A stretch of DNA of 64,000 bases from Tyzzerella sp. (GCA_017472665.1 JAFUOS010000025.1:3072-67071); one strand, 5' to 3'. Counted from the stretch's first letter, positions 19,138-29,660 are shown. Notes: a model not told the origin generated them from the letters alone. Made by a program: numbers and translations.

Positions 19138-20400
19138 ATGGTTGTTTGTGTCGTGGTATACCTTTTTCTTTTGATAATTTGGAAAAGGAAAGGAATGAGA
19201 AAAGTTTTGATGCTGTTGCTTTTCGTGAGTAATTCGATTGCGTTCGCTTTGTTTGCAGCAGATTTGCTTGGTGTGGCTGGGGAAAATGAATTAACTCGAA
19301 ATACTTACGGAGGAGGCAGCAAAACAGAGGCGTATGAAGTGACCATTGATGGCGAGATAGAAGATGAGCCCCTGATGATTGAAATCGAAGAGCAACAATA
19401 TACCAGCGCTGAGATTCAAGAGATTTTTGAGGAAATGATGCAGAAATTGGACGAAGTAATGCTGGGAGAAAATGAAAGCCGGAACCGCGTAGACCAGGAT
19501 TTAAATCTCGTAAGTCACTTGGAGGATTATCCGGTTGAAATCGAGTGGGAGCTGGACCGATATGACGTGATGGATGCAGACGGAAAGATTCTGGAAAAAA
19601 AGACGAATGAGGAAGGAACGTTGGTAGAAGTGAGAGGCATACTAACCTATGGAAGTAAAGAGGCGGTTTATGTCACGAATGTTATGGTTTATCCAAGAAC
19701 CAAAACGGAGAAAGAAAAGTGGTTAGATAAGGTGGAAGAAAGCATTGAAAAGGTGGAAAGTTCTACGAGGGAGCAGATTCAATTTTTTCTACCGGAAACC
19801 ATCGATGGAAAGCAGGTGGAGTGGAAGAAAAAAGCGGATTACCGCGGGTATTACATTTTGCTGTTAGGCATAATTGGATGCGTTCTTCTTGTATGGAAAG
19901 AAAAGCAGGACAAAAAGGAAGCAGAGCAGAAAAGGAGAGAGCAGATGCTTCGCGATTATCCGGATATTATTAGTAAATTCACATTACTTCTTAGTACGGG
20001 CATGACCGTGAAAAATGTTTGGACAAAAGTTGTCAAAGGGTATGAGGAACAAAAAGAACAGACAGGAAAGCGGGCAGCTTACGAAGAAATGTGCATGACG
20101 TATCGTGAAATGCAAAGCGGTGTTCCGGAAACAGTGGCCTATGAACGTTTTGGGAGCCGCTGTGGTGTTGTAACATACATGAAGTTTGGAGCGTTGCTCT
20201 CTCAGAATTTAAGAAAAGGCAGCAGGGGATTAACAGATTTATTAAGAATGGAATCTATGCAGGCTTTTGAAAATCGAAAAAGTATTGCAAAACAAAAGGG
20301 AGAAGAAGCGAGTACAAAGCTGCTGGTGCCAATGGTTGGGATGCTGGCAGTTGTAATGGTAATTGTGATTATTCCAGCATTCTTATCAATACAGTTATAA
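19138..20400 (+). CDS. TadC-like (T2SS F domain) protein with extracellular Ig-like region
   Basis: LLLSTGMT, QNLRKG, GEEASTKLLVPM. Confidence 0.8.
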   Translation: MVVCVVVYLFLLIIWKRKGMRKVLMLLLFVSNSIAFALFAADLLGVAGENELTRNTYGGGSKTEAYEVTIDGEIEDEPLMIEIEEQQYTSAEIQEIFEEMMQKLDEVMLGENESRNRVDQDLNLVSHLEDYPVEIEWELDRYDVMDADGKILEKKTNEEGTLVEVRGILTYGSKEAVYVTNVMVYPRTKTEKEKWLDKVEESIEKVESSTREQIQFFLPETIDGKQVEWKKKADYRGYYILLLGIIGCVLLVWKEKQDKKEAEQKRREQMLRDYPDIISKFTLLLSTGMTVKNVWTKVVKGYEEQKEQTGKRAAYEEMCMTYREMQSGVPETVAYERFGSRCGVVTYMKFGALLSQNLRKGSRGLTDLLRMESMQAFENRKSIAKQKGEEASTKLLVPMVGMLAVVMVIVIIPAFLSIQL

Positions 20401-20420
20401 AGACAAAGGAGGAAAAACGA

Positions 20421-20603
20421 ATGAATCAAATGAGATATTTATGGATGCGTTTTAAAGCAAAACAGACAAAAGGATCGGTCATGGTCGAGGCGATTTTGGT
20501 ACTTGTGGTATTGATTGCGTTAGTAGTCATTTTTAAAAGTCAGTTAACTAGCTTGGTGACTAAGATTTTCGAGAAGATAACAAATGAAGCGACAGGAATT
20601 TAA
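20421..20603 (+). CDS. Flp1-like type IVb pilin
   Basis: 60 aa; G-SVMVE prepilin cleavage motif followed by a hydrophobic helix. Confidence 0.8.
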   Translation: MNQMRYLWMRFKAKQTKGSVMVEAILVLVVLIALVVIFKSQLTSLVTKIFEKITNEATGI

Positions 20604-21936
20604 AGGGGAAATCACGGCGTTCCTGAGTTTGATTTTTGTGTTGTTGCTTTCTCTTGCGGGAGCGTTGATACAGAGCGCTTCCATTCATATTACGAAAAGT
20701 ATGAAACGAGCTGACACGGAGCTTGCATTAGAGAGTGTGTTTGCAGAATACGACCAGGATATGTTCGAGGAATATGATTTATTTGTGAAAATAGGCACTG
20801 ATGAGACTACAATTTCAAGGCGTTTATGGTTCTATGGTGCAAAGAATATGGAGCATAAAATTCAAAAAATTCAGTTGCTTTCAGATGGAAACGGACAAGT
20901 ATTGTACGGGCAGATTATCCTGGCAATGGGTGGCAAGGCCACGTCTGATTCCTTGTCTGGTGAAACTAATTCGGGAGCAGATAAGAGTGAAAATATGGGA
21001 ACGGATTTTGGAGCGAATATGGAAATGGATTTGGACGGAACGCAGGAGCAAGTAAGTGGAGAGCTGCAGACAATCCTTCAACAGGAGGGACAGACTCTTT
21101 CTGTAGAAGACAATCCTATTGAAACCGTCAATCAACTCAAAAAATCAAGTTTATTGTCATTGATACATCCAAATCCAGAGTCCATATCTAACCGCGCCGT
21201 GCAAATGGAAGACCTTGCATCTCAGAGAAGTTTGCAGAAAGGAACAGGGTATGATAACGAGTCATTGGAAAGCGGAGTGACGCAGAAAGCGTTACTGGCA
21301 GCATATATCGTGGAACATTTCCCAAATCATGCAAAGCAGGAAGAGGGAGAAGCTCTTTTATACCAGCAGGAGTATCTTTTGGGAGGATGCAGCAGTGATA
21401 TGGAAAATCTGGAGGCCGTGGCGAAAAAAATTCTGGCAATCCGTATGGCAGCAAATTATACATATTTACTGACGGACGAGACGAGGCAGGCGGAAGCAGA
21501 GGCAATGGCAGTTGGACTTTGCAGTCTCATGACTGTGCCGGGAGCTTCGGTTGTGGTGAAGCAGGCCATTTTGCTGGCATGGGCATATGGAGAAAGTGTT
21601 TTGGATATGCGTTCCCTGTTTGATGGAAAAAAGGTTCCGCTTGTAAAAGCAGATGAGACATGGCAGAGCCAACTGACAAATTTAGTTAAACTAGGGACGA
21701 CTGAGGAAGTCTCAGAACAAAAGGAGTTTTCAGAGGGATTGGATTATAGCGATTATATAAAAACACTTTTATTTGCTGAAAATGAAGAGGCTTTATGTAT
21801 GAGGACATTGGACTTATTAGAATTAAATCTTGGAATTTGCGTGGATGAATGCGTAACAGCATTGGAAATCAAAAGCACTTGTGAAATGCAGAGGGGAATC
21901 AAAGATACATTTGTGACTGATTTCGAGTACAAATGA
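20584..21936 (+). CDS. DUF5702 / TadG-like pseudopilin-domain protein
   Basis: KG-EITAFLSL prepilin-like N-terminus; EYLLGG..SD..NL; WAYGES. Confidence 0.7.
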   Translation: MKRQEFKGEITAFLSLIFVLLLSLAGALIQSASIHITKSMKRADTELALESVFAEYDQDMFEEYDLFVKIGTDETTISRRLWFYGAKNMEHKIQKIQLLSDGNGQVLYGQIILAMGGKATSDSLSGETNSGADKSENMGTDFGANMEMDLDGTQEQVSGELQTILQQEGQTLSVEDNPIETVNQLKKSSLLSLIHPNPESISNRAVQMEDLASQRSLQKGTGYDNESLESGVTQKALLAAYIVEHFPNHAKQEEGEALLYQQEYLLGGCSSDMENLEAVAKKILAIRMAANYTYLLTDETRQAEAEAMAVGLCSLMTVPGASVVVKQAILLAWAYGESVLDMRSLFDGKKVPLVKADETWQSQLTNLVKLGTTEEVSEQKEFSEGLDYSDYIKTLLFAENEEALCMRTLDLLELNLGICVDECVTALEIKSTCEMQRGIKDTFVTDFEYK

Positions 21937-22007
21937 ATTTCAAACATAAATAAATTTAAAATACTAATTTTAAAAACAAATAATACAGAAATACGAGGTG
22001 AATACAG

Positions 22008-22895
22008 ATGCCCTTTCTAATAATTGAGACAAAGAAAACGAACCACAGATACCACAAACGAAAGATAATTTTGCATAGAAAGGAGAACGACTCTTTTTTG
22101 GCACATCACCTAAAAAACTCCCACATTCCTATAGAAAGGGTGTCTGCATTCACCTCGAAAGGAAGTATCACGTTAGAGGCTGCATTAGCGATAAGTTTCT
22201 TCTTTTTTGGAGCGCTGTGTCTGGTATGTTTACTAGAGATTATGACCATACAGACAACAATAAAAAGTGCACTTTGTGCGGTGGGAAAAAAAGTGGCGGT
22301 AGAGGTCTGCGTAAGTCCTATGATTCCCACAAGCCAAATGGAGCGGGAAATCGTAGAAATTATCGGAAAGGAAAGGCTGGACCACAGCATGATTGTGGGC
22401 GGAAGTGAAGGGATTGATTGTAGCAATTCTAAAAAATACTGGAATACCACAATTATGGATTTGTCCGCCTCTTATCAGATAGAAGTTCCTGTTTTGATGT
22501 TTCGGATTCCGCTCATTTCCAAGGAGGAAGTCATTCGCATCAAAGGATGGACAGGTCATGAAGTAAAGCTAACTGATGCCATTAATAACGAGATGGTGTT
22601 TGTGACGGATTATGGTATCGTCTATCACAAGGACAGAAATTGTACCTATCTGGAACTTTCCATAAAGGCTGTCAATTTGGACATGGTTTCTGACCTGCGA
22701 AATCTATCGGGAGGAATCTATAAGGCATGTGAATTGTGCGCAAAGTCGATTGGAGTGCAGGGGAATGTTTATATCACTGATTATGGGGACCGTTATCATA
22801 AAAGCTTAGAGTGCAGTGGGTTGAAGCGTAATATTTATACGATATCTCTGACAGATGCACATGGATTAGGAGGTTGTTCAAAATGTGTAAAATAG
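22008..22895 (+). CDS. TadE-like protein with Cys/His-rich C-terminal repeats
   Basis: KG-SITLEAAL; VYH....C..L; CELC; RYH....C; CSKC. Confidence 0.7.
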   Translation: MPFLIIETKKTNHRYHKRKIILHRKENDSFLAHHLKNSHIPIERVSAFTSKGSITLEAALAISFFFFGALCLVCLLEIMTIQTTIKSALCAVGKKVAVEVCVSPMIPTSQMEREIVEIIGKERLDHSMIVGGSEGIDCSNSKKYWNTTIMDLSASYQIEVPVLMFRIPLISKEEVIRIKGWTGHEVKLTDAINNEMVFVTDYGIVYHKDRNCTYLELSIKAVNLDMVSDLRNLSGGIYKACELCAKSIGVQGNVYITDYGDRYHKSLECSGLKRNIYTISLTDAHGLGGCSKCVK

Positions 22896-23305
22896 CAGAT
22901 TGCATTATAGCCGTAATTTTGATTGCGGCGGGATATAAGGATTGGAAAACAAAACAGATTTCACTGCGAATGCTGCTGCTCCTTGGCATAGCTGTTGTCA
23001 TTTTGCGGATTGCGGTGGTGGAGGATACGATAGTGTCAACGCTGGGCGGCGTTCTGATTGGAATACTCCTTCTGGGAATTAGTAAAATCACAGGAGAATC
23101 CATAGGGTATGGTGATAGTTGGCTTATTATATTGCTCGGTATTTATCTCGGAGGAAAGATACTTCTGGTAGTTGTGTTGGGCGCATGCGTCTATGCAGGT
23201 TTATTTTCGCTGTTGTTATGTTTGAAAAAAGGATGGAATCGAAAATATACAATTCCGTTTGTTCCGTTTCTCGCAGTGGCATATTTAGGGGTGGTGTTTT
23301 TATGA
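22883..23305 (+). CDS. A24 prepilin peptidase
   Basis: D at YKDWK, IGYGDS, IPFVPFL. Confidence 0.85.
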   Translation: MCKIADCIIAVILIAAGYKDWKTKQISLRMLLLLGIAVVILRIAVVEDTIVSTLGGVLIGILLLGISKITGESIGYGDSWLIILLGIYLGGKILLVVVLGACVYAGLFSLLLCLKKGWNRKYTIPFVPFLAVAYLGVVFL

Positions 23306-23772
23306 AAGCAGCAGGGAGAGCATACATTTTTATAAAACAAAAACGGAGAGCTGGTATTCGTGCCAAAAAGGCAATGCGAGGCAGTATTACGATAGAAGCA
23401 TCTGTAATCGTTCCCGTGATTTTTATGGTTTTCTCACTTGTTATCACTGCTTTATTTTACTATCACGATAAGAATGTGGTGGCAAGTGTTGCACATGAAA
23501 CAGTAGTGATGGGCAGCGGAAAAGAGGAAAACAGTGCGGAAGAATTAGAAAGTTATTTCAGGCAGCGTATTCGTAAAAAACTAATATTGTTTTCCTCTAT
23601 TACCCCAGAAGTTGCCGTGGAAGAGGAAGAAATTCAAATCATTTGCAAAGGCAGAAAGAGCGGCATGTCCATGCGGGTCCAAATGCAGGTGAAAAAAACA
23701 GAACCAGAGAAATTTGTTAGAAAACTAAAAAGTATTGAAAGAATAGAAGAAGGGTTAGGAGAATCAAAGTGA
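23302..23772 (+). CDS. TadE-like pseudopilin
   Basis: RG-SITIEASVIVP followed by a hydrophobic helix and YYHD. Confidence 0.7.
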   Translation: MKAAGRAYIFIKQKRRAGIRAKKAMRGSITIEASVIVPVIFMVFSLVITALFYYHDKNVVASVAHETVVMGSGKEENSAEELESYFRQRIRKKLILFSSITPEVAVEEEEIQIICKGRKSGMSMRVQMQVKKTEPEKFVRKLKSIERIEEGLGESK

Positions 23773-24470
23773 AAGTATGTTATAGAAATAATTTAAAAAG
23801 GGCATACCTCGTCATAAAATGTGAGGAAAATTTGGAAGATGATTTTCAAAATGCAATGTTAAAGGAAAACCATATTCCGGGATTATTAAGAACAAGTATC
23901 AAATACATTAATAATACAAGCGAGTATTACTATGACATTAGCGGTAAGACCTCATTAAAATCCTTGCATGAAAAGGAAAAACTAAAGTGTGAAGATATTA
24001 AGAGGCTGGTCAATGCATTGCTTCAAGTGGTTCAACAAGCTCAGAAATATATGTTAGGGGAGAAGGGAATTCTGCTTGACCCGGAGTATATTTATTTTGA
24101 GCGGGACGAGTATTGGTTTTGCTATTATCCTCCGTGTGACCAGGAGTTGAAAGAAGCATTTCACAAATTAACGGAATTCTTTGTAAGAGAAGTAGATTAC
24201 AAAGATAAGGAAGGCGTGCATCTGGCGTATACACTTCATAAGGCTACGATGGAGGAACATTATAGCGTTGAGAAGATTATGAATGAAGCGTTCGAGGAGG
24301 AGACAGAGCCGATTGTGCGTTATGATAAACGTATGGAAGAACGTGTGGAAGGGCAGATGGAGGAAAGCATTGCGATTGCGGAAGAGAAGGGGCTTTGGGA
24401 GCCGGTTCGTAAGCTTTTGGAACGTAGGAAACGTGATAAGTGGGGACAGTGGGATGAAAATGGAAATTAG
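23769..24470 (+). CDS. DUF6382-domain protein
   Basis: MLKENHIPGLL..YYDISGK.SL..LLDPEYIY; usual last gene of clostridial Tad loci; no FHA domain seen. Confidence 0.7.
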   Translation: MKVCYRNNLKRAYLVIKCEENLEDDFQNAMLKENHIPGLLRTSIKYINNTSEYYYDISGKTSLKSLHEKEKLKCEDIKRLVNALLQVVQQAQKYMLGEKGILLDPEYIYFERDEYWFCYYPPCDQELKEAFHKLTEFFVREVDYKDKEGVHLAYTLHKATMEEHYSVEKIMNEAFEEETEPIVRYDKRMEERVEGQMEESIAIAEEKGLWEPVRKLLERRKRDKWGQWDENGN

Positions 24471-24601
24471 AATGAATGAAGAAAAAATATAGGCTGCAAG
24501 GCAGATGATATAAGAAAAGCATCTGACTTGTATTTCTATTTAAAATTCCCTATAATGGTTCATATATTTAGAACTACTTAGCACTAGAAAGAGGATTATT
24601 T

Positions 24602-25213
24602 ATGGGAAATCGCAGAACTCCACTATGCACAATCGCACTTGTAATAATTAACGTTGCAGTTTTCCTCATCCTGTCCTTCGGCGGAATGACAGAAAACGCT
24701 TTATATATGGCAGAACACGGTGCCATGTACGTGCCGTACTTCCTTTACAACAAAGAATATTATCGAATCGTCACTTGCATGTTTCTGCATTTTGGCTTCG
24801 AACACCTGATGAATAACATGGTTACATTGGTCATCGTGGGAAGATACTTAGAACCGTTGATCGGAAAAGTGCGGTTTATCATTATATACTTGATTAGCGG
24901 ACTTGGTGGCAGTGCTCTATCGTTGGTTGCAGAATATTACACTGGCGATTATGCCGTATCCGCAGGTGCGTCTGGCGCCATCTTCGGTCTAACCGGTGCT
25001 CTTTTAAGTCTGGCTATTTTGAATCGTGGAAGAATTGCAGAACTCACAAAACGAGGCATAGTGATTATGATTGCTCTCAGTTTATACAACGGCTTTGTGA
25101 CCGAAGGTGTGGACAATCTTGCCCACGTCGGGGGTCTAATCTGCGGATTCCTCGTAACATTTGTACTCTGCTTTCAACGTTACGCGAAACGTCGTGCCAA
25201 CACCTTCCGTTGA
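24602..25213 (+). CDS. Rhomboid intramembrane serine protease
   Basis: FLHFG..HLMNNM, GASGAIFG, AHVGG. Confidence 0.92.
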   Translation: MGNRRTPLCTIALVIINVAVFLILSFGGMTENALYMAEHGAMYVPYFLYNKEYYRIVTCMFLHFGFEHLMNNMVTLVIVGRYLEPLIGKVRFIIIYLISGLGGSALSLVAEYYTGDYAVSAGASGAIFGLTGALLSLAILNRGRIAELTKRGIVIMIALSLYNGFVTEGVDNLAHVGGLICGFLVTFVLCFQRYAKRRANTFR

Positions 25214-25831
25214 TTCGACGGTAATCGTACCGCCATGCGCCTTCACAATATGGTCGCAGATGGCAAGCCCAAGTCCAGTGCCTTGCTTTTTATATGTAAC
25301 AAAAGGATCAAAAATCGTCGGTAACTGTTCCTCAGAAATACCACATCCCGTATCCTGTACTATAACGACAATATCGTCATTTTCCAATGTGGCACTCAAG
25401 TAAATAGTGCCATTTGACTTCGCGGCATCAAATGCATTTTTCAAAAGATTGAAAAAAACTTCTTGTAATTTTGTTTTATCTCCTGTAATCTGTGTAATAG
25501 AGGAATCGATTTTGGAAGTATATTCCACCTCCGACTGTGCGATAGACGCAGCAAAGGAGAGCGACAAATGTTCAAGGAATGAGCGGAAATCAAAGGTTTC
25601 CGGGTTTAAACGTTCGGATTTGGCAAAGTTAGACAGCTCGTCTAACAACTGATTCATGTATTCAATGTCGTAAGACAGGCTTGACCAATGGTTGAATTCT
25701 TTCACTTCCGGGTGTTTCATTTCAATTAGTTGAACTGTGCTATATAAAGTTGTAAGCGGGTTGCGTATTTCATGCGAAAATTTACTGAGCATAAATTCGA
25801 TGTCTTGATTAAATGTCATTCTTAATACCAC
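25136..25831 (-). CDS. Orphan histidine kinase (HisKA + HATPase, no sensor domain)
   Basis: SHEIRNPL, NLLKNA, DTGCG, GTGLGL. Confidence 0.9.
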   Translation of the reverse strand: MVLRMTFNQDIEFMLSKFSHEIRNPLTTLYSTVQLIEMKHPEVKEFNHWSSLSYDIEYMNQLLDELSNFAKSERLNPETFDFRSFLEHLSLSFAASIAQSEVEYTSKIDSSITQITGDKTKLQEVFFNLLKNAFDAAKSNGTIYLSATLENDDIVVIVQDTGCGISEEQLPTIFDPFVTYKKQGTGLGLAICDHIVKAHGGTITVESTEGVGTTFRVTLKAEYKCYEESAD

Positions 25832-25923
25832 CTTTCAACAAGAGTTTAGCATTGCTTGGGATAGGATTCAAATATATTTTTCAAAACATTATATAGTAAT
25901 TTTTAGGAAAGAGGAAAAAGACT

Positions 25924-26337
25924 ATGAGAGACGACAATTGCATTTTTTGTAAAATCGCAGCGGGAGAGATCCCATCAGCAACACTCTATGAGGATGATGA
26001 TTTCAGAGTCATTCTGGATATTGAACCAGCATCAAAGGGACATGCACTCATTATTCCAAAAGAGCATTATGCAAATCTTTACGAATTGGATGATGAGCTG
26101 GCAGCAAAGGCAATGGTGCTTGCGAAGAAAATGATTACAAAGTTGACAGACATCCTCGAATGTGACGGATACAATGTTTTACAGAATAATGGTCCGGCGG
26201 CAGGACAGACAGTATTCCATTTCCATATGCATCTGGTTCCACGTTACAAAAATGACAACGTAAAAATCGGCTGGAAGTTAGGAAAACTGACTGACAACGT
26301 GAAAGAAGAAATTTTAAATAAGATCTGCGAAAAATAA
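25924..26337 (+). CDS. HIT family protein
   Basis: CIFCKI, GQTVFHFHMH. Confidence 0.95.
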   Translation: MRDDNCIFCKIAAGEIPSATLYEDDDFRVILDIEPASKGHALIIPKEHYANLYELDDELAAKAMVLAKKMITKLTDILECDGYNVLQNNGPAAGQTVFHFHMHLVPRYKNDNVKIGWKLGKLTDNVKEEILNKICEK

Positions 26338-26361
26338 AAAGAAACAAAGAGGATATTTATT

Positions 26362-26949
26362 GTGAAATGTAAATCAACAAAAGATGAAAGATTTGACAGT
26401 ATCTATCGGTCTTGTGCACTTGATGTTTATCACGCATGTCTACATTTTACTAACGATGACAATCTTGCAGAAGAAGTGACGCAACAGGCTTTTGTAAATT
26501 TTTATGAACGTCTCGATAAAATGGGCTCCGATTGGGAGCCAGAACATTTAAGAGCATACATAATCCATGCTGCAAAGAATCTGGCTTGCAATTATTATCG
26601 CTCTGCAAAACGTGAGGTGGCGGAGGTTGACGAAGATGAAACAGAAGATTCTCCAAGACTAGCGAGACCGGAGGAAATTGTGGAAAGCGCAGAAGATTCT
26701 TATTTCCGCGAGAGGGAGAGAGCTTTGGCGAAAAAGCTGAGTGACGATATTCTGGCAGACTTGAAAGAGAGTCACGAAAGTTGGTATGAAGTATTTCATA
26801 TGATGTACTATTCAGACAAAACGCATGATGAGATTTCAGAAGAATTGGGAATTACCAAAGACGTGTTATATAGCAGATTACATAGAGCCAAACGATGGAT
26901 ACACAAGAATTATAAAGAGGAATTTGATGATACCACGGGCTCGGTTTAA
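26362..26949 (+). CDS. ECF RNA polymerase sigma factor
   Basis: AEEVTQQAF region 2; EISEELGIT..LYSRLHRAK region 4. Confidence 0.85.
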   Translation: MKCKSTKDERFDSIYRSCALDVYHACLHFTNDDNLAEEVTQQAFVNFYERLDKMGSDWEPEHLRAYIIHAAKNLACNYYRSAKREVAEVDEDETEDSPRLARPEEIVESAEDSYFRERERALAKKLSDDILADLKESHESWYEVFHMMYYSDKTHDEISEELGITKDVLYSRLHRAKRWIHKNYKEEFDDTTGSV

Positions 26950-26956
26950 TGCAAAG

Positions 26957-26982
26957 AAAAAGGTGCCGAACTGACACCTTTT
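26957..26982. terminator. Bidirectional terminator
   Basis: AAAAAGGTG/CACCTTTTT hairpin. Confidence 0.65.
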
Positions 26983-26999
26983 TGTAATATTTGTAAACT

Positions 27000-28067
27000 T
27001 TATGATTTTGCTGCATTTTCTATCAAACCGACAATGGTATTGATGGAATCCTGTTGAGAGGATTGCTTCATAGCAGATATGTAAGCATCCCTCTTGTCGT
27101 AGAGTTTGTGGATTGCATCTAAAAGAACCTGATTGTTTAATTCCTCTTCCTCTAAAACGACGCTGAAACCTTGACGTTCGAAGGAACGGGCATTTAAAAT
27201 CTGGTCCCCACGGCTTGCATTTGCAGACAGTGGAATCAAGAGATTTGGCTTGTGGAGTGCAAGTAACTCACAGATTGCATTTGCACCAGCTCTTGAGATG
27301 ACAATATCACAAAGTGCGAACAGGTCTTTTAATTCCTGTTTGATATATTCAAACTGTACATAACCTTTTAGATTTTTTAAGGATTCATCTGTTTTTCCTT
27401 TTCCGCATAAGTGGATGACCTGGAATTCCTTTAATAATTCTGGGAGAATGGCGCGGACAGCATTGTTCACTGCGACAGAGCCAAGGCTTCCTCCCACAAT
27501 GAGGATGACCGGTTTGTCTGGTGTCAGACCGCAAAATGCAAGTGCGGCTTCTTTGCTGCCGGACAGTAACTCCTGACGAATCGGAGAACCAGTGAGCACT
27601 GCCTTCTCTTTTGGAAGGTGTTCCAATGTTTCAGGAAAGTTGCAGCACACTTTGGTAGCAGATGGAATCGATAGTTTATTTGCCAGCCCAGGAGTCATAT
27701 CGGACTCGTGGATAATCGTTGGCACATGGCATTTTTTTCCTGCCATGACAACAGGGACGGATACAAATCCGCCCTTTGAAAAAATAACATCAGGCTTAAG
27801 GGATTTAATCAATTTGTTGGCTTCGCCAAATCCTTTTAGTACACGGAATGGGTCAGTAAAGTTCTGTACGCTGAAATAGCGGCGCAGTTTTCCAGAGGAG
27901 ATTCCGTGGTAAGGGATGCCAAATTGTTCAATAAGTTCTTTCTCAATGCCTGTATAAGAACCGATATAGTGAATATCGTAGCCGAGTTCTTTGAGACGAG
28001 GCAAGAGTGCAATATTTGGTGTAACATGGCCGGCAGTACCGCCGCCAGTTAAGATAATACGTTTCAT
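27000..28067 (-). CDS. murG: MurG glycosyltransferase
   Basis: GGGTAGHVTP, KGGFVS, HESD, GGSLG, SRAGA, DQILNA. Confidence 0.96.
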   Translation of the reverse strand: MKRIILTGGGTAGHVTPNIALLPRLKELGYDIHYIGSYTGIEKELIEQFGIPYHGISSGKLRRYFSVQNFTDPFRVLKGFGEANKLIKSLKPDVIFSKGGFVSVPVVMAGKKCHVPTIIHESDMTPGLANKLSIPSATKVCCNFPETLEHLPKEKAVLTGSPIRQELLSGSKEAALAFCGLTPDKPVILIVGGSLGSVAVNNAVRAILPELLKEFQVIHLCGKGKTDESLKNLKGYVQFEYIKQELKDLFALCDIVISRAGANAICELLALHKPNLLIPLSANASRGDQILNARSFERQGFSVVLEEEELNNQVLLDAIHKLYDKRDAYISAMKQSSQQDSINTIVGLIENAAKS

Positions 28068-28178
28068 ATAACGTTCCTCCGAGATTTTGTAGGATTATAT
28101 TTAATTATATTAAACAGTATTCCTCGAAAGGTCAAGTGGAATGAAAATGTGAAAAATAAAAAATAAGGAGGTCAGTCC

Positions 28179-29129
28179 ATGAGCGAAGAAACGAAGAAAC
28201 TTTCAAATGAGGAAATGGAATTTCTGGATGAGGAAGTGGAACTTTCAAAGGAAGAATTATTAGAGGAAGCGAAACGCATAATGGAAGAAGTGAATGGCGA
28301 TCTGAGGGTTGTAGATAGACCACTTCCGGTAAAACTGCGTGAAAAAATAGATAATAGAATCCTTGCTCTTAAGGTGCAGGGAGAGAAGGCGGAAGTCGAA
28401 ACGGAAGAGAAAGTGGAAACGACAACTGCAGCAAGAGAGGAAGCCGCAATTGAAGAAAATGTGGTGGAACAGGCTGCTGAGGGAGAGCGGTTTTCTGCGG
28501 AAGAGCGAGAACTTATGCGACTCGGGAAGATTTATAAGAAGAAACGGAAGATGCGGAAGTATTTTGTGCTTGCGGCGGCTGTGGTGTGTGCGATGGCGTT
28601 TGGGGTTACGAGTATGGGTGGCCCGAAGAAATTATATGAGAAGGCCAACTGGACGCTTGCAGGTAGAGAGCAGACGAATATACATTCTGAGGGTGACGAT
28701 ATTTTAGAGGCTAGTGGTGTGGAAGAAGAGGAAGCATATCAGCAGATAGAGGATGAATTTGGTTTTTATCCAGTTAAGCCAATATATAAACCTGATGGAG
28801 TAGAAATTTTAGAGATAGATATGGGTGAAGAGATACAGGGCAGTAATCTGATTTATGGAAAAGATGAGGAGATAGTTTTCTCATATTTTATAAGACCGAA
28901 TTACAGAAACAGTTCATACGGAACGGATATAGAAGATGATGTTATTCGTCAATATACTGTTCAAAATGGAAATGTGGCTATAGAAATCAAACAATATTCT
29001 GTAGAAGAAGTAAATAATAATCGATGGTCAGGTGAATTTGTATACCAAGATGTACACTATTTCATTTTAGCAATGGACATAAAACAGGAAGAATTTGAAA
29101 AAATTATAAAAAATTTGAATTTTTATTAA
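28179..29129 (+). CDS. Probable anti-sigma factor (single TM, DUF4367-like C-terminus)
   Basis: Acidic N-terminus, KKKRKMRK plus TM, YKPDG motif, EEFEKIIKNL end. Confidence 0.6.
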   Translation: MSEETKKLSNEEMEFLDEEVELSKEELLEEAKRIMEEVNGDLRVVDRPLPVKLREKIDNRILALKVQGEKAEVETEEKVETTTAAREEAAIEENVVEQAAEGERFSAEERELMRLGKIYKKKRKMRKYFVLAAAVVCAMAFGVTSMGGPKKLYEKANWTLAGREQTNIHSEGDDILEASGVEEEEAYQQIEDEFGFYPVKPIYKPDGVEILEIDMGEEIQGSNLIYGKDEEIVFSYFIRPNYRNSSYGTDIEDDVIRQYTVQNGNVAIEIKQYSVEEVNNNRWSGEFVYQDVHYFILAMDIKQEEFEKIIKNLNFY

Positions 29130-29133
29130 AAAA

Positions 29134-29170
29134 TGCGTCAGATTTTGCCGACTTGTGTGTCTATATAGTA
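29134..29170 (+). promoter_or_regulatory. Possible ECF-type promoter
   Basis: TGCGTCAGA...GTCTATA directly upstream of a secreted-protein gene. Confidence 0.35.
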
Positions 29171-29195
29171 TAAAGGCATGAAAAGAGGGAATCTC

Positions 29196-29660
29196 ATGAA
29201 GAAAAAAATACTAGCATTATTAATGGCAATTACAGTTTGTTTGTCTGGGGCATTTTATCAAGATGTTGAAACAAGAGCAGAAGATATAGGTGAAGATATT
29301 GATTTTTCTTATCTTCAAACAGATGATGCATTGGTTGGATATGCAGAGATGCAAACATGGGGTGTATATTTAGCGAGTGGTAATTCTATCATTAACAAAA
29401 TTTCTACCACTAAGATTGGTGCTGGTGGAACTACGACTGCGGCTGTAAAGTGTAAAGTGCAGGTTGTTCCTGTTGTAGAGAGACTATCAAATGGCACTTG
29501 GAATTATGTAACTTCATGGACGGTAACAACAGCTAGTGGCTATTCAGCGATGGCAAGTAAAAGTATCACTGTAGGAACCGGTTATTACTATCGTGTAAGA
29601 TGTACGCATTCCGCATCTACCGATGTAAGCAGTTCTTGTACAGATGGCCTTTGGATGTAA
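29196..29660 (+). CDS. Secreted beta-rich protein (DUF6147-like)
   Basis: Signal peptide; GYYYRVRCTH motif; ATG 29196 behind AAGAGGG. Confidence 0.65.
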   Translation: MKKKILALLMAITVCLSGAFYQDVETRAEDIGEDIDFSYLQTDDALVGYAEMQTWGVYLASGNSIINKISTTKIGAGGTTTAAVKCKVQVVPVVERLSNGTWNYVTSWTVTTASGYSAMASKSITVGTGYYYRVRCTHSASTDVSSSCTDGLWM

